From Clostridia bacterium (GTDB taxonomy: Bacteria; Bacillota; Clostridia; TANB77; CAG-465): 64,000 nt of DNA. Positions 10,397 through 20,934 of this stretch are shown one piece after another (position 1 is the first letter of the stretch; every line of letters starts with the position of its first letter). Location of the stretch: assembly GCA_029256705.1 (NCBI GenBank), contig JAQSXK010000002.1:55542-119541 (forward strand), written 5' to 3'. Made by a program: the position numbers and the translations under genes. The notes below the pieces were generated by a model, which saw only the letters and a program-made list of their open reading frames with translations, was not told where the DNA came from and made no database searches.

Positions 10397-10629
10397 ATCT
10401 ATACACCCTTTTATATATGTTTCATATAAATTTTATTATATATCATTTTTATTTTTATTTCAATAAAAAAACAAAAACATTTTAAGATTCATTTACTATT
10501 ACTATTACTATTTCTATAATCAAATATAATTATACGTATATTTTTAATAAAAAACGTAACATATAAATTGATATTGTAAAAAACTACCTCAATCTATATG
10601 TTACGTTATATAATATTTCTTATTTAAAT

Positions 10630-11013
10630 TTATATTTTTTCTATTTTATTTTTATTTTTTTCTCTATTTACTTTATTATCAATTTTTTGTATATACTCTC
10701 TACGTATAGTTGAAAAATTATTAAGTAATCTTCCACTAAATACTATAACAGCAGCTAAATAAATATCTACATTTAATTTATCGCCTATAAATACTAAAAA
10801 CATTGCAATAAGCGCATTTCCAAAAAAGCCAGATAAAAATATATTTATTCTAAATTTTTTATCTATATTTGCAGTAAATGCACCAAAAACTGAATCTAAG
10901 CAAGCTAAAATAGCAACCGCAATATATTTAGAATACACATAAGGTATTACTAAATTTAAACCAGTAAGAAATCCTGCTATTACAAATCCAATTAAAATTA
11001 TAACTCCTACCAT
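10630..11013 (-). CDS. sbp: small basic protein Sbp (DUF1290)
   Basis: 127-aa membrane protein; LVIPYVYSKYIAVAILACLDSVFG and DIYLAAVIVFSGRLLNNFSTIRR match B. subtilis Sbp; lies downstream of a DUF881 gene as in ylxX-sbp. Confidence 0.75.
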   Translation of the reverse strand: MVGVIILIGFVIAGFLTGLNLVIPYVYSKYIAVAILACLDSVFGAFTANIDKKFRINIFLSGFFGNALIAMFLVFIGDKLNVDIYLAAVIVFSGRLLNNFSTIRREYIQKIDNKVNREKNKNKIEKI

Positions 11014-11029
11014 ATTATTTTAGCGCCCC

Positions 11030-11818
11030 CTATTCATCTATATTTGCATTTTCAAAGTTCAATGCTCCATCAAATTTTTGTATTTTTATATCTTTTTCCC
11101 TAGTTATTTTAACACCTATACCAATCTCTCTTAATAAGTCTGCTACGCCGTTTTTTATATTTATAGCACTTTCTAAATACTGTGCATTACCTATAGCCTT
11201 CACAGTAAATGGTGCTGCTACTCTTTGATAATTAACTTGTATAATTGGCCCTGCACATCTAATAGCTGATGTAGCTATTACTCTTTGACCATTTATACTA
11301 ATAGCCTCTGCACCTGCTGCTTTAAGTTCATTTACAACAGTAAGTAAATCACTGTCATGTACTAGTGAATCTTGTCTAAGATCTGGTTCTAATACTTTCG
11401 TACCATCAGTTAAAACAATAACTATACCTTCCCCTTTTACGTTTACAGTTCCTGAAGATATTGATAATCTTTTTAATTCATCAGTCATTGATGATATAAG
11501 CTGACTGTTTGTTGCTGAATTTGATTTATATTCCTCAACAATTTTTACACTTTCATCATGATCTGCTTTTAAATCATTATATTTTCTTTGAAGTTGTACT
11601 AAATCATCTATAAGTTGAGATTCTCTTTTTCCTTGTAATATTTCCGTTGTTGAATTTACAGTTTTCATTTGTGCTGTTAGCATCATAGTAAGGAAAAACA
11701 TTGTAACTCCAATTAAAATATATGGCATTACTGAATGTTTCTTTACAAATCTTACTATTGCTTCTTTTGTATTATTAGAAAATATTTTTTTTAATATATC
11801 TTTTTCCAAATCTATCAA
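11030..11818 (-). CDS. DUF881 family protein (YlxW/YlxX-like, division/cell-wall associated)
   Basis: N-terminal TM, coiled-coil segment, conserved C-terminal domain; conserved pairing with sbp. Confidence 0.55.
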   Translation of the reverse strand: MIDLEKDILKKIFSNNTKEAIVRFVKKHSVMPYILIGVTMFFLTMMLTAQMKTVNSTTEILQGKRESQLIDDLVQLQRKYNDLKADHDESVKIVEEYKSNSATNSQLISSMTDELKRLSISSGTVNVKGEGIVIVLTDGTKVLEPDLRQDSLVHDSDLLTVVNELKAAGAEAISINGQRVIATSAIRCAGPIIQVNYQRVAAPFTVKAIGNAQYLESAINIKNGVADLLREIGIGVKITREKDIKIQKFDGALNFENANIDE

Positions 11819-11908
11819 CTCTTTTCTGTATAGTTAATTATACACTAAATTCTATAAAAAATCAATAAAAATATTGCATTTATAGAAAAATAAGGATATA
11901 ATATATGC

Positions 11909-12814
11909 ATGAAAAATTTAATTGTAAAAATAGAAGAAAAAAATAAAAAAATATTAGTTTCAAAATACTTAACAAGTATATTTAAGAATGTACCTTACTC
12001 TGCTATATGTAAGGCTCTTAGAAATAAAGATATTCGTGTTAATAATAGTAAAATCTCAAGTGATATATTAGTGCAAAATAATGATATTTTAGATGTATAT
12101 ATCCAAGATAATATATTATTTAATTTACCAAAAGAAATAAAGTATTATTATAATGATGAGAATATTTTAATTGCTTTTAAACCACAAGGAATACTATCTA
12201 ATAATGAAGATTTAAGTTCTAAACTTTTTGAACCAACATTTGAAGAATTGGTAATAAAGGATTTAAATGATAATAACATTAAAATATGTCATAGATTAGA
12301 TAGAAATACTGGTGGACTTGTTATATTTACTAAAAATGAAAATGCATATGTAGAAATGTTAGATGCATTTAAAGATAATAAGATTCACAAAGAATATATA
12401 GCTTATGTTGCAAATAGCAACTTTGCCAAATCACATAATGTACTTGAAGCATATATATTACAAGATAAAAAAGCTGGGTTTTCGAAAATATCTCAAACAA
12501 ATGTTAAATACTCTGAAAAAATAACAACAGAATTTACTGTACTAGAAAAAAACATAAAACAAGATTATGCAAAATTAAGTGTTATTCTTCACACAGGGAA
12601 AACACATCAAATAAGAGCACACTTAGCAAGTATAAATCACCCAATAATAGGTGATAGTAAATATGGAAAAAACGATGTAAATAAGAAATTCAAAAAAAAT
12701 AGACAACTCTTATTTGCAAACAAATACACATTTAGTTTTGATAATGAAAGTATGTTGAAATACTTAAACAATAAAATAATACAATTAGAAAAAGAAGTAA
12801 CTGAATTTAAATAA
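11909..12814 (+). CDS. RluA-family 23S rRNA pseudouridine synthase (S4 domain plus catalytic domain)
   Basis: HRLDRNTGGLVIFTKN catalytic Asp motif; N-terminal S4-like RNA-binding region; HTGKTHQIRAHL motif. Confidence 0.85.
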   Translation: MKNLIVKIEEKNKKILVSKYLTSIFKNVPYSAICKALRNKDIRVNNSKISSDILVQNNDILDVYIQDNILFNLPKEIKYYYNDENILIAFKPQGILSNNEDLSSKLFEPTFEELVIKDLNDNNIKICHRLDRNTGGLVIFTKNENAYVEMLDAFKDNKIHKEYIAYVANSNFAKSHNVLEAYILQDKKAGFSKISQTNVKYSEKITTEFTVLEKNIKQDYAKLSVILHTGKTHQIRAHLASINHPIIGDSKYGKNDVNKKFKKNRQLLFANKYTFSFDNESMLKYLNNKIIQLEKEVTEFK

Positions 12815-12928
12815 AATTCAGTTACTTCTTTAATATAGTATATCACTAAAATATTAATAATATTCTACATTATTCTACTAAAAAAAACAATACCTTCGAC
12901 AAAACTAGACAAAATATTTCAGTATAAA

Positions 12929-13192
12929 CTATGCAATGCTTAAAATAATATTTACAATTTCATATGTTACATAAGCTAAAAAAAGCATTGATACGATTTT
13001 AAAAAATATATAACTGTTTTGTCTTAAACTATTATCTCTACTTTTGAAAATTATTTTTAAACGCTTAACACTACTCACAATATATATTACACTTAAAAAT
13101 GCTACTATTAACATCCCAACAAATACAGCATTTTTATTAAATTCATCTATTGTATTTGTAGCTGGAAAAAATAATTCCTCATACTTTGACAT
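12929..13192 (-). CDS. small membrane protein, hypothetical
   Basis: 87-aa ORF with two hydrophobic helices. Confidence 0.25.
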   Translation of the reverse strand: MSKYEELFFPATNTIDEFNKNAVFVGMLIVAFLSVIYIVSSVKRLKIIFKSRDNSLRQNSYIFFKIVSMLFLAYVTYEIVNIILSIA

Positions 13193-13257
13193 AAACTACA
13201 CCCCTTGTAATTTCATTATATCATATAATTTTTTTATTTCAATTAAATTAATATATT

Positions 13258-15210
13258 TTACATTTTTTTTAATTCTTCTATGAAGTCCCTTATAGCCGCA
13301 GCTTTTTCAAATTCATATTTTCTAGCATATGACATCATTTCTTCTGTAAGTCTTTCTATTGTTTCTTCAACGTTTTCAATTTTATCTACATTTACTTTGG
13401 TTTGCTCTTCTTCACTAAATGTAGCTTTTATACTACTAAATACATCTTTAACTATTGATTGTGGTACTATATTGTGAACTGTATTATATTCTGTTTGTAT
13501 TTGTCTTCTTCTATTTGTTTCTTTAATAGCTTTTTCCATTGAATCAGTAAGTACATCTGCATACATTATAACTCTACCATTAGAATTTCTTGCTGCTCTA
13601 CCTATTGTTTGTATAAGTGATCTCTCACTTCTTAAAAATCCTTCTTTATCACTATCTAATATAGCAACTAGCGAAACTTCTGGTATATCTAAACCTTCTC
13701 TTAAAAGATTTATTCCAACAAGAACATCAAACTTACCAAGCCTTAGATTTCTTATTATCTCTAATCTTTCTAGCGCTTTAATATCTGAATGCATATAATT
13801 TACTTTTATACCTTTTCCAGATAGAAAGCTAGAAAGTTCTTCAGCTTGTTTTTTAGTTAAAGTTGTTACTAATACTCTTTCACCCTTTGCCGTTGTTTCT
13901 TCAATATTTTTTAATAAGTCATCTATTTGGTTATCCCTAGGCTTAACAATAATCTGTGGATCAATTAAACCTGTAGGTCTTATTATCTGTTGTGCAATAA
14001 CCTTAGATTTTTCTTTTTCATAATCTCCAGGAGTTGCACTAACAAATACAGTATTTTTTAATTTTTTCTCCCATTCCTCAAATTTAAGTGGTCTATTATC
14101 ATAAGCAGATTCTAATCTAAATCCATTCTCTATTAATGATTCTTTTCTTGCCCTATCTCCGTTATACATAGCTCTTATTTGAGGTATTGTAGCATGTGAC
14201 TCATCTATTACAACAAGAAAATCATCACCTAGGTAATCAAATAAAGTATATGGAACAGATCCTCTTTCTCTTCCACTCATATATAATGAATAGTTTTCTA
14301 TTCCTTGACAAAAACCCGTCTCTTTTAACATTTCAATATCAAAGTTAGTTCTTTGTTCAATTCTATAAGCTTCTACTATTTTTTCATTATCTTTAAAATA
14401 TTTAACTCTATCTTTAAGTTCGTCTTCAATTTTAGAAATTGAAGCATCTATCTTATCTTTTTCAATAACATAATGAGATTTTGGATATATAAATTCATGT
14501 TTAGAAGTTGAAATAGTTTTGAAAGTTATACTATCTAAAATAGATATTTTTTCTATTTCATTTCCAAAAAATTCAATTCTTATTACTTCATTTGAACTTC
14601 CAGCTGGAAACACATCAAGTATATCTCCCTTTACCCTAAACTTACCCCTACTAAAATCTATATCGTTTCTTTCATATTGCATTTCAATTAACCTTTTTAG
14701 TACTTCTTCTCTACTTTTTTTCATCCCAGGTCTAATTGATAGAACCATACTAGAGTAATCTTCCGGTGAACCTAATGAATATATAGCAGATACACTTGCT
14801 ATTATTATTACATCTTTTCTTTCAAACAAAGCAGCAGTTGCACTATGACGAAGTTTGTCTATTTCATCATTTATACTACTATCTTTTTCTATATATGTAT
14901 CCGTAGATGCAATATATGCTTCAGGCTGAAAGTAATCATAATATGATATGAAATACTCAACTGCGTTTTCTGGAAAAAATTCTTTAAATTCACTATATAA
15001 TTGACCAGCTAATGTTTTGTTATGTGCCAAAATTATAGTGGGTTTTTGAACTTTTTCTATGACGTTTGCAATAGTAAATGTTTTACCACTCCCCGTTACT
15101 CCTAATAATGTTTGAAATTCTACATTTTTTTCAATATTTTTAGATAAAACGTCAATTGCTTCAATTTGATCTCCCATAGGTTTAAACTTTGAATGTACTT
15201 TAAACTTCAT
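13258..15210 (-). CDS. uvrB: excinuclease ABC subunit B
   Basis: GDQIEAI, Walker A GVTGSGKT, helicase motifs and the C-terminal UvrB/UvrC interaction motif; start set at the ATG (15210) preceded by AAGGAG, the TTG at 15243 being less likely. Confidence 0.95.
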   Translation of the reverse strand: MKFKVHSKFKPMGDQIEAIDVLSKNIEKNVEFQTLLGVTGSGKTFTIANVIEKVQKPTIILAHNKTLAGQLYSEFKEFFPENAVEYFISYYDYFQPEAYIASTDTYIEKDSSINDEIDKLRHSATAALFERKDVIIIASVSAIYSLGSPEDYSSMVLSIRPGMKKSREEVLKRLIEMQYERNDIDFSRGKFRVKGDILDVFPAGSSNEVIRIEFFGNEIEKISILDSITFKTISTSKHEFIYPKSHYVIEKDKIDASISKIEDELKDRVKYFKDNEKIVEAYRIEQRTNFDIEMLKETGFCQGIENYSLYMSGRERGSVPYTLFDYLGDDFLVVIDESHATIPQIRAMYNGDRARKESLIENGFRLESAYDNRPLKFEEWEKKLKNTVFVSATPGDYEKEKSKVIAQQIIRPTGLIDPQIIVKPRDNQIDDLLKNIEETTAKGERVLVTTLTKKQAEELSSFLSGKGIKVNYMHSDIKALERLEIIRNLRLGKFDVLVGINLLREGLDIPEVSLVAILDSDKEGFLRSERSLIQTIGRAARNSNGRVIMYADVLTDSMEKAIKETNRRRQIQTEYNTVHNIVPQSIVKDVFSSIKATFSEEEQTKVNVDKIENVEETIERLTEEMMSYARKYEFEKAAAIRDFIEELKKM

Positions 15211-15354
15211 TTTTTTCTCCTTTATCCTTATGATAATATACAAATAATTATTAGTAACAATTAATAATATTATTAATTGTATACTAAAATATATGAATTT
15301 ATTTACATGAAAGGTTTACTATCTTTTACCATTAATTCTATCACGTCAAAAATT

Positions 15355-15399
15355 AAAAGTCAATAAAATATTGACTTTTAATGTCGTATAATATATAAT
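15355..15399 (+). promoter_or_regulatory. sigma-A promoter (TTGACT-17-TATAAT) with an 11-bp perfect palindrome overlapping the -35
   Basis: AAAAGTCAATA-aaa-TATTGACTTTT at 15355-15379; TTGACT at 15371-15376, TATAAT at 15394-15399, about 45 nt upstream of the GT4 gene start. Confidence 0.4.
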
Positions 15400-15444
15400 A
15401 TAAATATGCATACCATATATTGTGGTATACGAGGGGGACAACTA

Positions 15445-16737
15445 ATGAGAATTGGTATATTTACAGATACCTACCATCCAGATATAAACGGAGTAGTTAC
15501 TTCAATAAAAATGTTAGAAAGAGAAATGAAAAAACGTGGTCATGAAGTATATATTTTTAGTCCATCAAAACATGAACCTACTGAAAACCAGAATTTATAT
15601 ATGTTAAAAAGTATTCCACTTTTTGTTGCAAAGAAATTTAAGTATAGAGTTGCAACTTTTTATTCAAGACCAATTGCTAAAGAAATAAAAGAATTAAATT
15701 TAGATATAGTTCATACTCAATCTGAATTTTCGTTAGCTTTATTTGGTAAGATAATATCAAGAAAATTTAATGTTCCATTTATACATACTTATCATACAAT
15801 GTGGGAAGATTATATGCACTATATTGTTCCAATAAAAGGAACAAGAAATATATACCCTAAACGTTTTGCACGTAATTTTAGTAAAAACTTTGTAAGAAAA
15901 GCAGAGTGTATTATTACACCATCTAAAAAAACAGAGAAATACTTAAAATATAGATGTGGAGTAAAAAATAAACCGATATACATAATTCCTACTGGAATAG
16001 ATATTGAGCCTTTTAATCCATCTAATTTTACATACGAAGATAGAAGTGCCTTAAAAAAATCTATAGGTATTAATGAAAATGATAAAGTTGTGTTATTTAT
16101 TGGAAGAATTGGTGAAGAAAAAAGTATAGATCAAATTCTTTCAGCAATGCCTGAAGTGTTTAGAACACTAAAAGATACGAAATTTGTATTAGTTGGTGAA
16201 GGTCCTGCAAAAGATAGTTTAGTAGAACAAGCTGCAAAACTAGGAATAAGTGATAAAGTAATATTTACTGGTTCTGTTCCATGGGAAAAAGTTGCATTAT
16301 ACTATTCTATCGGAGATGTATTTGTAAATGCTTCAACTACAGAAACACAAGGACTAACATTCATAGAAGCTATGGCTTCTGGTATTCCGGTTGTTGCAAA
16401 ATATGCACCCAATTTAGCTGAATTTATACACCATAATGAAAACGGATTGTTAGTTAGACATGATAAAGAAATTGCAAAATCAATTGTTTCAGTTCTTACT
16501 AATAAGACTTTAGCTAGTAAATTAAGATTAAATGGTTTTATAACAGCATCACAAAACTCTTCAAAAGAATTTGGAGATAAAATAATTGAAGTATATACTC
16601 AAGTTATAAAAAACTATGAAATAAAAAAATCAAGTGAAGATAAATCAAATAAAAAAGAATCAGAAAAGAAAAGTATTTTCAATTTAAAGAAAAAACTTAT
16701 TAGTATAACTAAACTTGCTAAAATAAAGAAAGGATAA
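15445..16737 (+). CDS. GT4 glycosyltransferase, likely a glycolipid (diacylglycerol glycosyl) synthase
   Basis: N-terminus MRIGIFTDTYHPDINGVVTS typical of alpha-monoglucosyl-diacylglycerol synthase/CpoA-type GT4 enzymes; C-terminal EX7E-like region; RBS GAGGGGGA before the ATG at 15445. Confidence 0.8.
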   Translation: MRIGIFTDTYHPDINGVVTSIKMLEREMKKRGHEVYIFSPSKHEPTENQNLYMLKSIPLFVAKKFKYRVATFYSRPIAKEIKELNLDIVHTQSEFSLALFGKIISRKFNVPFIHTYHTMWEDYMHYIVPIKGTRNIYPKRFARNFSKNFVRKAECIITPSKKTEKYLKYRCGVKNKPIYIIPTGIDIEPFNPSNFTYEDRSALKKSIGINENDKVVLFIGRIGEEKSIDQILSAMPEVFRTLKDTKFVLVGEGPAKDSLVEQAAKLGISDKVIFTGSVPWEKVALYYSIGDVFVNASTTETQGLTFIEAMASGIPVVAKYAPNLAEFIHHNENGLLVRHDKEIAKSIVSVLTNKTLASKLRLNGFITASQNSSKEFGDKIIEVYTQVIKNYEIKKSSEDKSNKKESEKKSIFNLKKKLISITKLAKIKKG

Positions 16738-16738
16738 T

Positions 16739-17353
16739 GTGATTTATATGATATTTTTCACGTTAATGGTAATACTGTTTTTATCATTGCTATTAATATC
16801 CATTTTAAACACACTTATATTTTTTGCATTAAAGTTAGTAACAAGGCAAAATTATAAAGAACATTATCTAATGTTACCATCACTATTTGCATTATTTATA
16901 TGGTATATATCATACAAAGTAATAGCATCAGTAGTAGCATCTATAACAGGTACAAGCATAATGGGTTCAATATCCTCAATTATGTTTAACACCTCAAATT
17001 TAGGTGGTTTTATTCCTAAGTTAACGTTTTATACTATTATAATATTGATCATAACTCTATTATTACAATCTATCTCATTGCTTACTGTTAATATAGATTA
17101 TCTAAAAATATTTAATAAGATCAGATATTTTTTAAAGATAAAAGTTAAATCTATAAAAAGTAAAATTGACTATGATGATAAATCAAATCAAATTTGCGAA
17201 GAAACTATAACGGCTATAGGAAAAACAGCAGAAAGATATAAATTAAGTTTCATAAATTCATTTGTATGTAATTTATTTATATTCTCACTTTTGTTTTTCC
17301 TACTAATATTATTTTTTTGGATTGGCACTTTAATAGGTACTAATATTATTTAA
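16739..17353 (+). CDS. polytopic membrane protein, hypothetical
   Basis: 204 aa, 5-6 TM helices; 1-nt gap after the GT4 gene suggests co-transcription. Confidence 0.4.
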   Translation: MIYMIFFTLMVILFLSLLLISILNTLIFFALKLVTRQNYKEHYLMLPSLFALFIWYISYKVIASVVASITGTSIMGSISSIMFNTSNLGGFIPKLTFYTIIILIITLLLQSISLLTVNIDYLKIFNKIRYFLKIKVKSIKSKIDYDDKSNQICEETITAIGKTAERYKLSFINSFVCNLFIFSLLFFLLILFFWIGTLIGTNII

Positions 17354-17365
17354 CGGAGGATATTT

Positions 17366-18052
17366 ATGAAAATTTTAATTATATACGGTACTCCGCATAT
17401 AGGAAATACACATACAGCAGTATCTATATTCAAACAAGAACTGTCTAAATTTGATAATTTTGAATTTGATGAAGTCTTTTTACCTAAAGATTTACCTAAC
17501 TTCTGTTTAGGATGTCATAATTGTATTAAAAAATCTGAAAGTTTATGTAGTTCAAATAAAAATGTTAAAGAAATCATAACTAAAATAATTAATTCTGATG
17601 CTATAATCGTATCATCACCAGTTTATGTTATGAGTATGTCCGCACCATTAAAAAATTTATTTGATCATTTAGCATATTCATGGATGCCTCATCGTCCAAA
17701 TCCTAATTTTTTTGGTAAAAAAACTATAGTTATTACAACTGCTGCTGGCGCTGGAATGAAAAAATGTATAAATGATATACAAATTAATTTGAAGTGGCTT
17801 GGATTTGAAATAAAACATAGTATTGGTATACCTATTGCAGCTTGGAACTGGGATGAAATGAAGTTTAAAGTTAAAAAGGAAGAAAAAATAAAAAAAGCAG
17901 CAAAATTATTTTATAAAGATATTTCAAATAAAAAAGCAGCAAAAAAAACTTTGTTTACTCGTTTTATGACAAAAATTTTAGGGATAATGATAAAAACATA
18001 TTCTGACGATAATGAAGATAAAAAATATTGGTTACAAAACAAATGGATATAA
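17366..18052 (+). CDS. flavodoxin-like NAD(P)H-dependent oxidoreductase
   Basis: MKILIIYGTPHIGNTH flavodoxin-fold N-terminus; CLGCHNC pair; SSPVYVMSMSAPLKNLFD FMN-binding-like segment. Confidence 0.55.
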   Translation: MKILIIYGTPHIGNTHTAVSIFKQELSKFDNFEFDEVFLPKDLPNFCLGCHNCIKKSESLCSSNKNVKEIITKIINSDAIIVSSPVYVMSMSAPLKNLFDHLAYSWMPHRPNPNFFGKKTIVITTAAGAGMKKCINDIQINLKWLGFEIKHSIGIPIAAWNWDEMKFKVKKEEKIKKAAKLFYKDISNKKAAKKTLFTRFMTKILGIMIKTYSDDNEDKKYWLQNKWI

Positions 18053-18075
18053 AAACATTACTAATTATATAAACA

Positions 18076-18108
18076 AAAACACACTTATTTTAATTAAGTG
18101 TGTTTTTT
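18076..18108. terminator. bidirectional rho-independent terminator
   Basis: AAAACACACTTA-ttttaat-TAAGTGTGTTTT followed by T-run; overlaps the stop codon of the minus-strand gene. Confidence 0.55.
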
Positions 18109-18641
18109 GAATCTTCTATTCCATAGCCATCAGTTGGAGGATTTCTAAATAACTCTAATTTTGGTGGTATATATGTAAATATAATAAAAGAAATAAATAA
18201 TAAAGCTAATAATAATTTTGATATACTCTCAACTATGTTTGGCAGTTTTCTAGAGTTCATTATCTTATATGAAATATACTGTCCAGCAGCAATAGAAAAA
18301 TAAAATGAAATAATATTAATTAATAAATCATCTTTACCTATTAATAATTTATACCCATAAAAAACAGATATTATTAAGATCATACTTGTTAAAAATGAAA
18401 TTATTTTGGATGTAAAAAAATTTACTTTTTCATATCTTATAAAATATTCAATAACTAGCCATATAAATGATGGAATAATAACAATTTTCAAATGTTCCCA
18501 AACACTTTCATTGACCGCAAACAATGCTCCAATTAAAATGTTGTTTTGTGACCAACCGTAAATAAAATGTGATAATGTACCTAAAATTGATATAAAGAAA
18601 AATCCTATTATTGCAATTTTATTAATAGAAATACCTTTCAT
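18090..18641 (-). CDS. polytopic membrane protein, hypothetical
   Basis: 183 aa, 5 TM helices, no catalytic motif recognised. Confidence 0.4.
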   Translation of the reverse strand: MKGISINKIAIIGFFFISILGTLSHFIYGWSQNNILIGALFAVNESVWEHLKIVIIPSFIWLVIEYFIRYEKVNFFTSKIISFLTSMILIISVFYGYKLLIGKDDLLINIISFYFSIAAGQYISYKIMNSRKLPNIVESISKLLLALLFISFIIFTYIPPKLELFRNPPTDGYGIEDSKNTLN

Positions 18642-18691
18642 AATAAATACCTCTTTAATTATTATTTTATTGCAATTTCAATATTTTATTC

Positions 18692-20752
18692 TTACATTCC
18701 AATATTTTTTAACTGATTTCCATACTCATTGTATATTTCTTCTTTTAAAATCCTGTTTTCTTCTTTTTCTAATAGTCTATCATTTGAAAGTAATTCTTTA
18801 ACTGCTACTTGTGTTATTTGTAATACGTGCATATCCTTAAGTAAATCCGCAAGTTTAAATTCAGGAAGTCCACTTTGTCTTATTCCAAAAAAATCTCCTG
18901 GACCTCTTAGCTCTAGATCTTTTTCAGCTATTTCAAATCCATTATTACTTTTTTCCATTATTTTAAGTCTTTCCATTACCTTACTAGATCTTATTCTACT
19001 CTTTAATATACAATACGATTCATGAATACCCCTACCTACTCTTCCCCTTAATTGATGAAGTGCAGCAAGTCCAAATCTATCTGCATCTTCTATAATCATC
19101 ATTGTAGCATTAGGTACGTTTACACCAACCTCTATAACAGTTGTAGATATCAAAATACTGAATTCATTATTTTTAAATCTTCTCATTATATCGTCTTTTT
19201 CTTTAGCTTTCATCTTTCCATGTATAAATTCTGTTTTGAACTGTTTAAGTTCACCTGAAATATATTCATCATAAACTTGTGAAACAGACCTAAGTTCTAA
19301 TGTTTCATTTTCCTCTACTAAAGGACATACGACATACACCTGCCTACCCTTATCTATTTCTTTTGCTATAAAAGAGTTTATACGAGATTCATAACTTTTA
19401 TCTACTGCAAATGTCTTAATATATTTCCTACCTGGCGGTAATTCGTCTATAATAGATAAATCTAGGTCACCATAAAGCATAAGTGCTAGAGTTCTAGGTA
19501 TAGGAGTTGCTGTCATAACTAATGTTTCAACATTTTTAGATTTATTAGTAAGCTTCATTCTTTGCTTAACACCAAATCTATGCTGCTCATCTGTTATAAC
19601 AAGTCCAAGTTTATTAAACTCTATATTATCTTCAATTAAAGAATGTGTTCCAAATATTATATTTATCTCACCATTTTTTAACCTTTCTATAATTTTTTCT
19701 TTTTGCTTTTTTGTTGTAGTAGAAGTTACAATTTCAGATTCAAAACCTAGTTTCTCAAAAAGAGGCTTTAATTCCAAATAATGCTGATTTGCCAGTATTG
19801 TTGTTGGGGCCATCATAGCAGATTGATATTCATTAATTGTTGAGATGTATATAGCTGCCGCTGCTACAATAGTCTTTCCACTTCCAACATCTCCTTGTAT
19901 CATTCTATTCATAGATATATCTGATGACATATCTTTTTTTATATCTTCAACAACTTTTTTCTGAGCATTTGTAAATTCAAAAGGTAGTAATTTTAGAAAG
20001 TTATCAATATTTATATTTTTAAATTCATTTGTTTTCTTTATCTTACTATCTTTTCCTTTTATAAGCTGAAGGGCTAATGTCAATTTGAATAATTCTTCAA
20101 ATATCAATCTTTTTCTTGCTATAGCAACCTCATTAAAGTTTTTTGGAAAATGTATTTTCAAACTTGCATAATCTATGTCACATAAGCCGTACTTTTTTTT
20201 CAAATCAGCACTTAAAACTTCAGGTAACTTAATATTATTTTCAAATATATTAGATATTAAATTAAACAAGTATTTTTGAGTCAATCCACTTGTAAGTGGA
20301 TATATTGGATATACACCCATTATTTTAAACAAATCATATTTGTTATATATAATTGCATTTTCTATAACAAACATTCCTCTTTCAGTAGTTACTTTTCCAT
20401 AAAAAACATATTCTGTATTTTCTTTAAAATAATCTGATAAGTATTTTTGGTTAAACCAGACCATTTGGCATGTATCTGTCTCATCAGATACAAAAAGTTT
20501 ATGAATAGTAAGTCTATTTCTTGTTCTTTGAATATTTATTTTACCAGATGGTTTAGCTGTAAAAAGAACATTTTCACCATCCATAAATTCAGTTATTTTT
20601 CTAAGTTGTGTTCTATCTTCATATACTCTAGGATAGTACTTTATTAAATCGCTTACTGTATTTATTCCAATTTTATTAAATACATCAGCTTTAACCGGTC
20701 CTACACCTTTTAAAAATTGTATACTTGTATCTAAGCCAATTTTGTTTTCCAT
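18692..20752 (-). CDS. recG: ATP-dependent DNA helicase RecG
   Basis: Wedge domain, helicase motifs GDVGSGKT and DEQHRFGV; likely start MENKIG at 20752 (RBS GGTGAAGAA) rather than the upstream in-frame ATG at 20797. Confidence 0.9.
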   Translation of the reverse strand: MENKIGLDTSIQFLKGVGPVKADVFNKIGINTVSDLIKYYPRVYEDRTQLRKITEFMDGENVLFTAKPSGKINIQRTRNRLTIHKLFVSDETDTCQMVWFNQKYLSDYFKENTEYVFYGKVTTERGMFVIENAIIYNKYDLFKIMGVYPIYPLTSGLTQKYLFNLISNIFENNIKLPEVLSADLKKKYGLCDIDYASLKIHFPKNFNEVAIARKRLIFEELFKLTLALQLIKGKDSKIKKTNEFKNINIDNFLKLLPFEFTNAQKKVVEDIKKDMSSDISMNRMIQGDVGSGKTIVAAAAIYISTINEYQSAMMAPTTILANQHYLELKPLFEKLGFESEIVTSTTTKKQKEKIIERLKNGEINIIFGTHSLIEDNIEFNKLGLVITDEQHRFGVKQRMKLTNKSKNVETLVMTATPIPRTLALMLYGDLDLSIIDELPPGRKYIKTFAVDKSYESRINSFIAKEIDKGRQVYVVCPLVEENETLELRSVSQVYDEYISGELKQFKTEFIHGKMKAKEKDDIMRRFKNNEFSILISTTVIEVGVNVPNATMMIIEDADRFGLAALHQLRGRVGRGIHESYCILKSRIRSSKVMERLKIMEKSNNGFEIAEKDLELRGPGDFFGIRQSGLPEFKLADLLKDMHVLQITQVAVKELLSNDRLLEKEENRILKEEIYNEYGNQLKNIGM

Positions 20753-20876
20753 TTTCTTCACCAATTTCATTATATCAAAAAGTGAACAAATATTCAAGTA
20801 AAGTAATAATTAAATTAAACAAAATGTGTACTTTACTAATATATCTATTAATCTACATTTTTTAAATTTATAAATA

Positions 20877-20912
20877 AGAAACCAGAAAAATTATTCAATT
20901 TCTCTGGTTTCT
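20877..20912 (-). terminator. putative terminator downstream of the GGDEF gene
   Basis: AGAAACCAGA ... TCTGGTTTCT 10-bp stem with a long loop. Confidence 0.4.
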
Positions 20913-20934
20913 GCATTTAAAATATATTTTAAAA

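Noticed and set aside
10397-10629. Possible M-box (Mg2+ riboswitch) in front of mgtA
   Set aside because: The leader is extremely AT-rich and lacks the conserved GC-rich M-box helices; only a simple palindrome was found, which is reported as a finding instead
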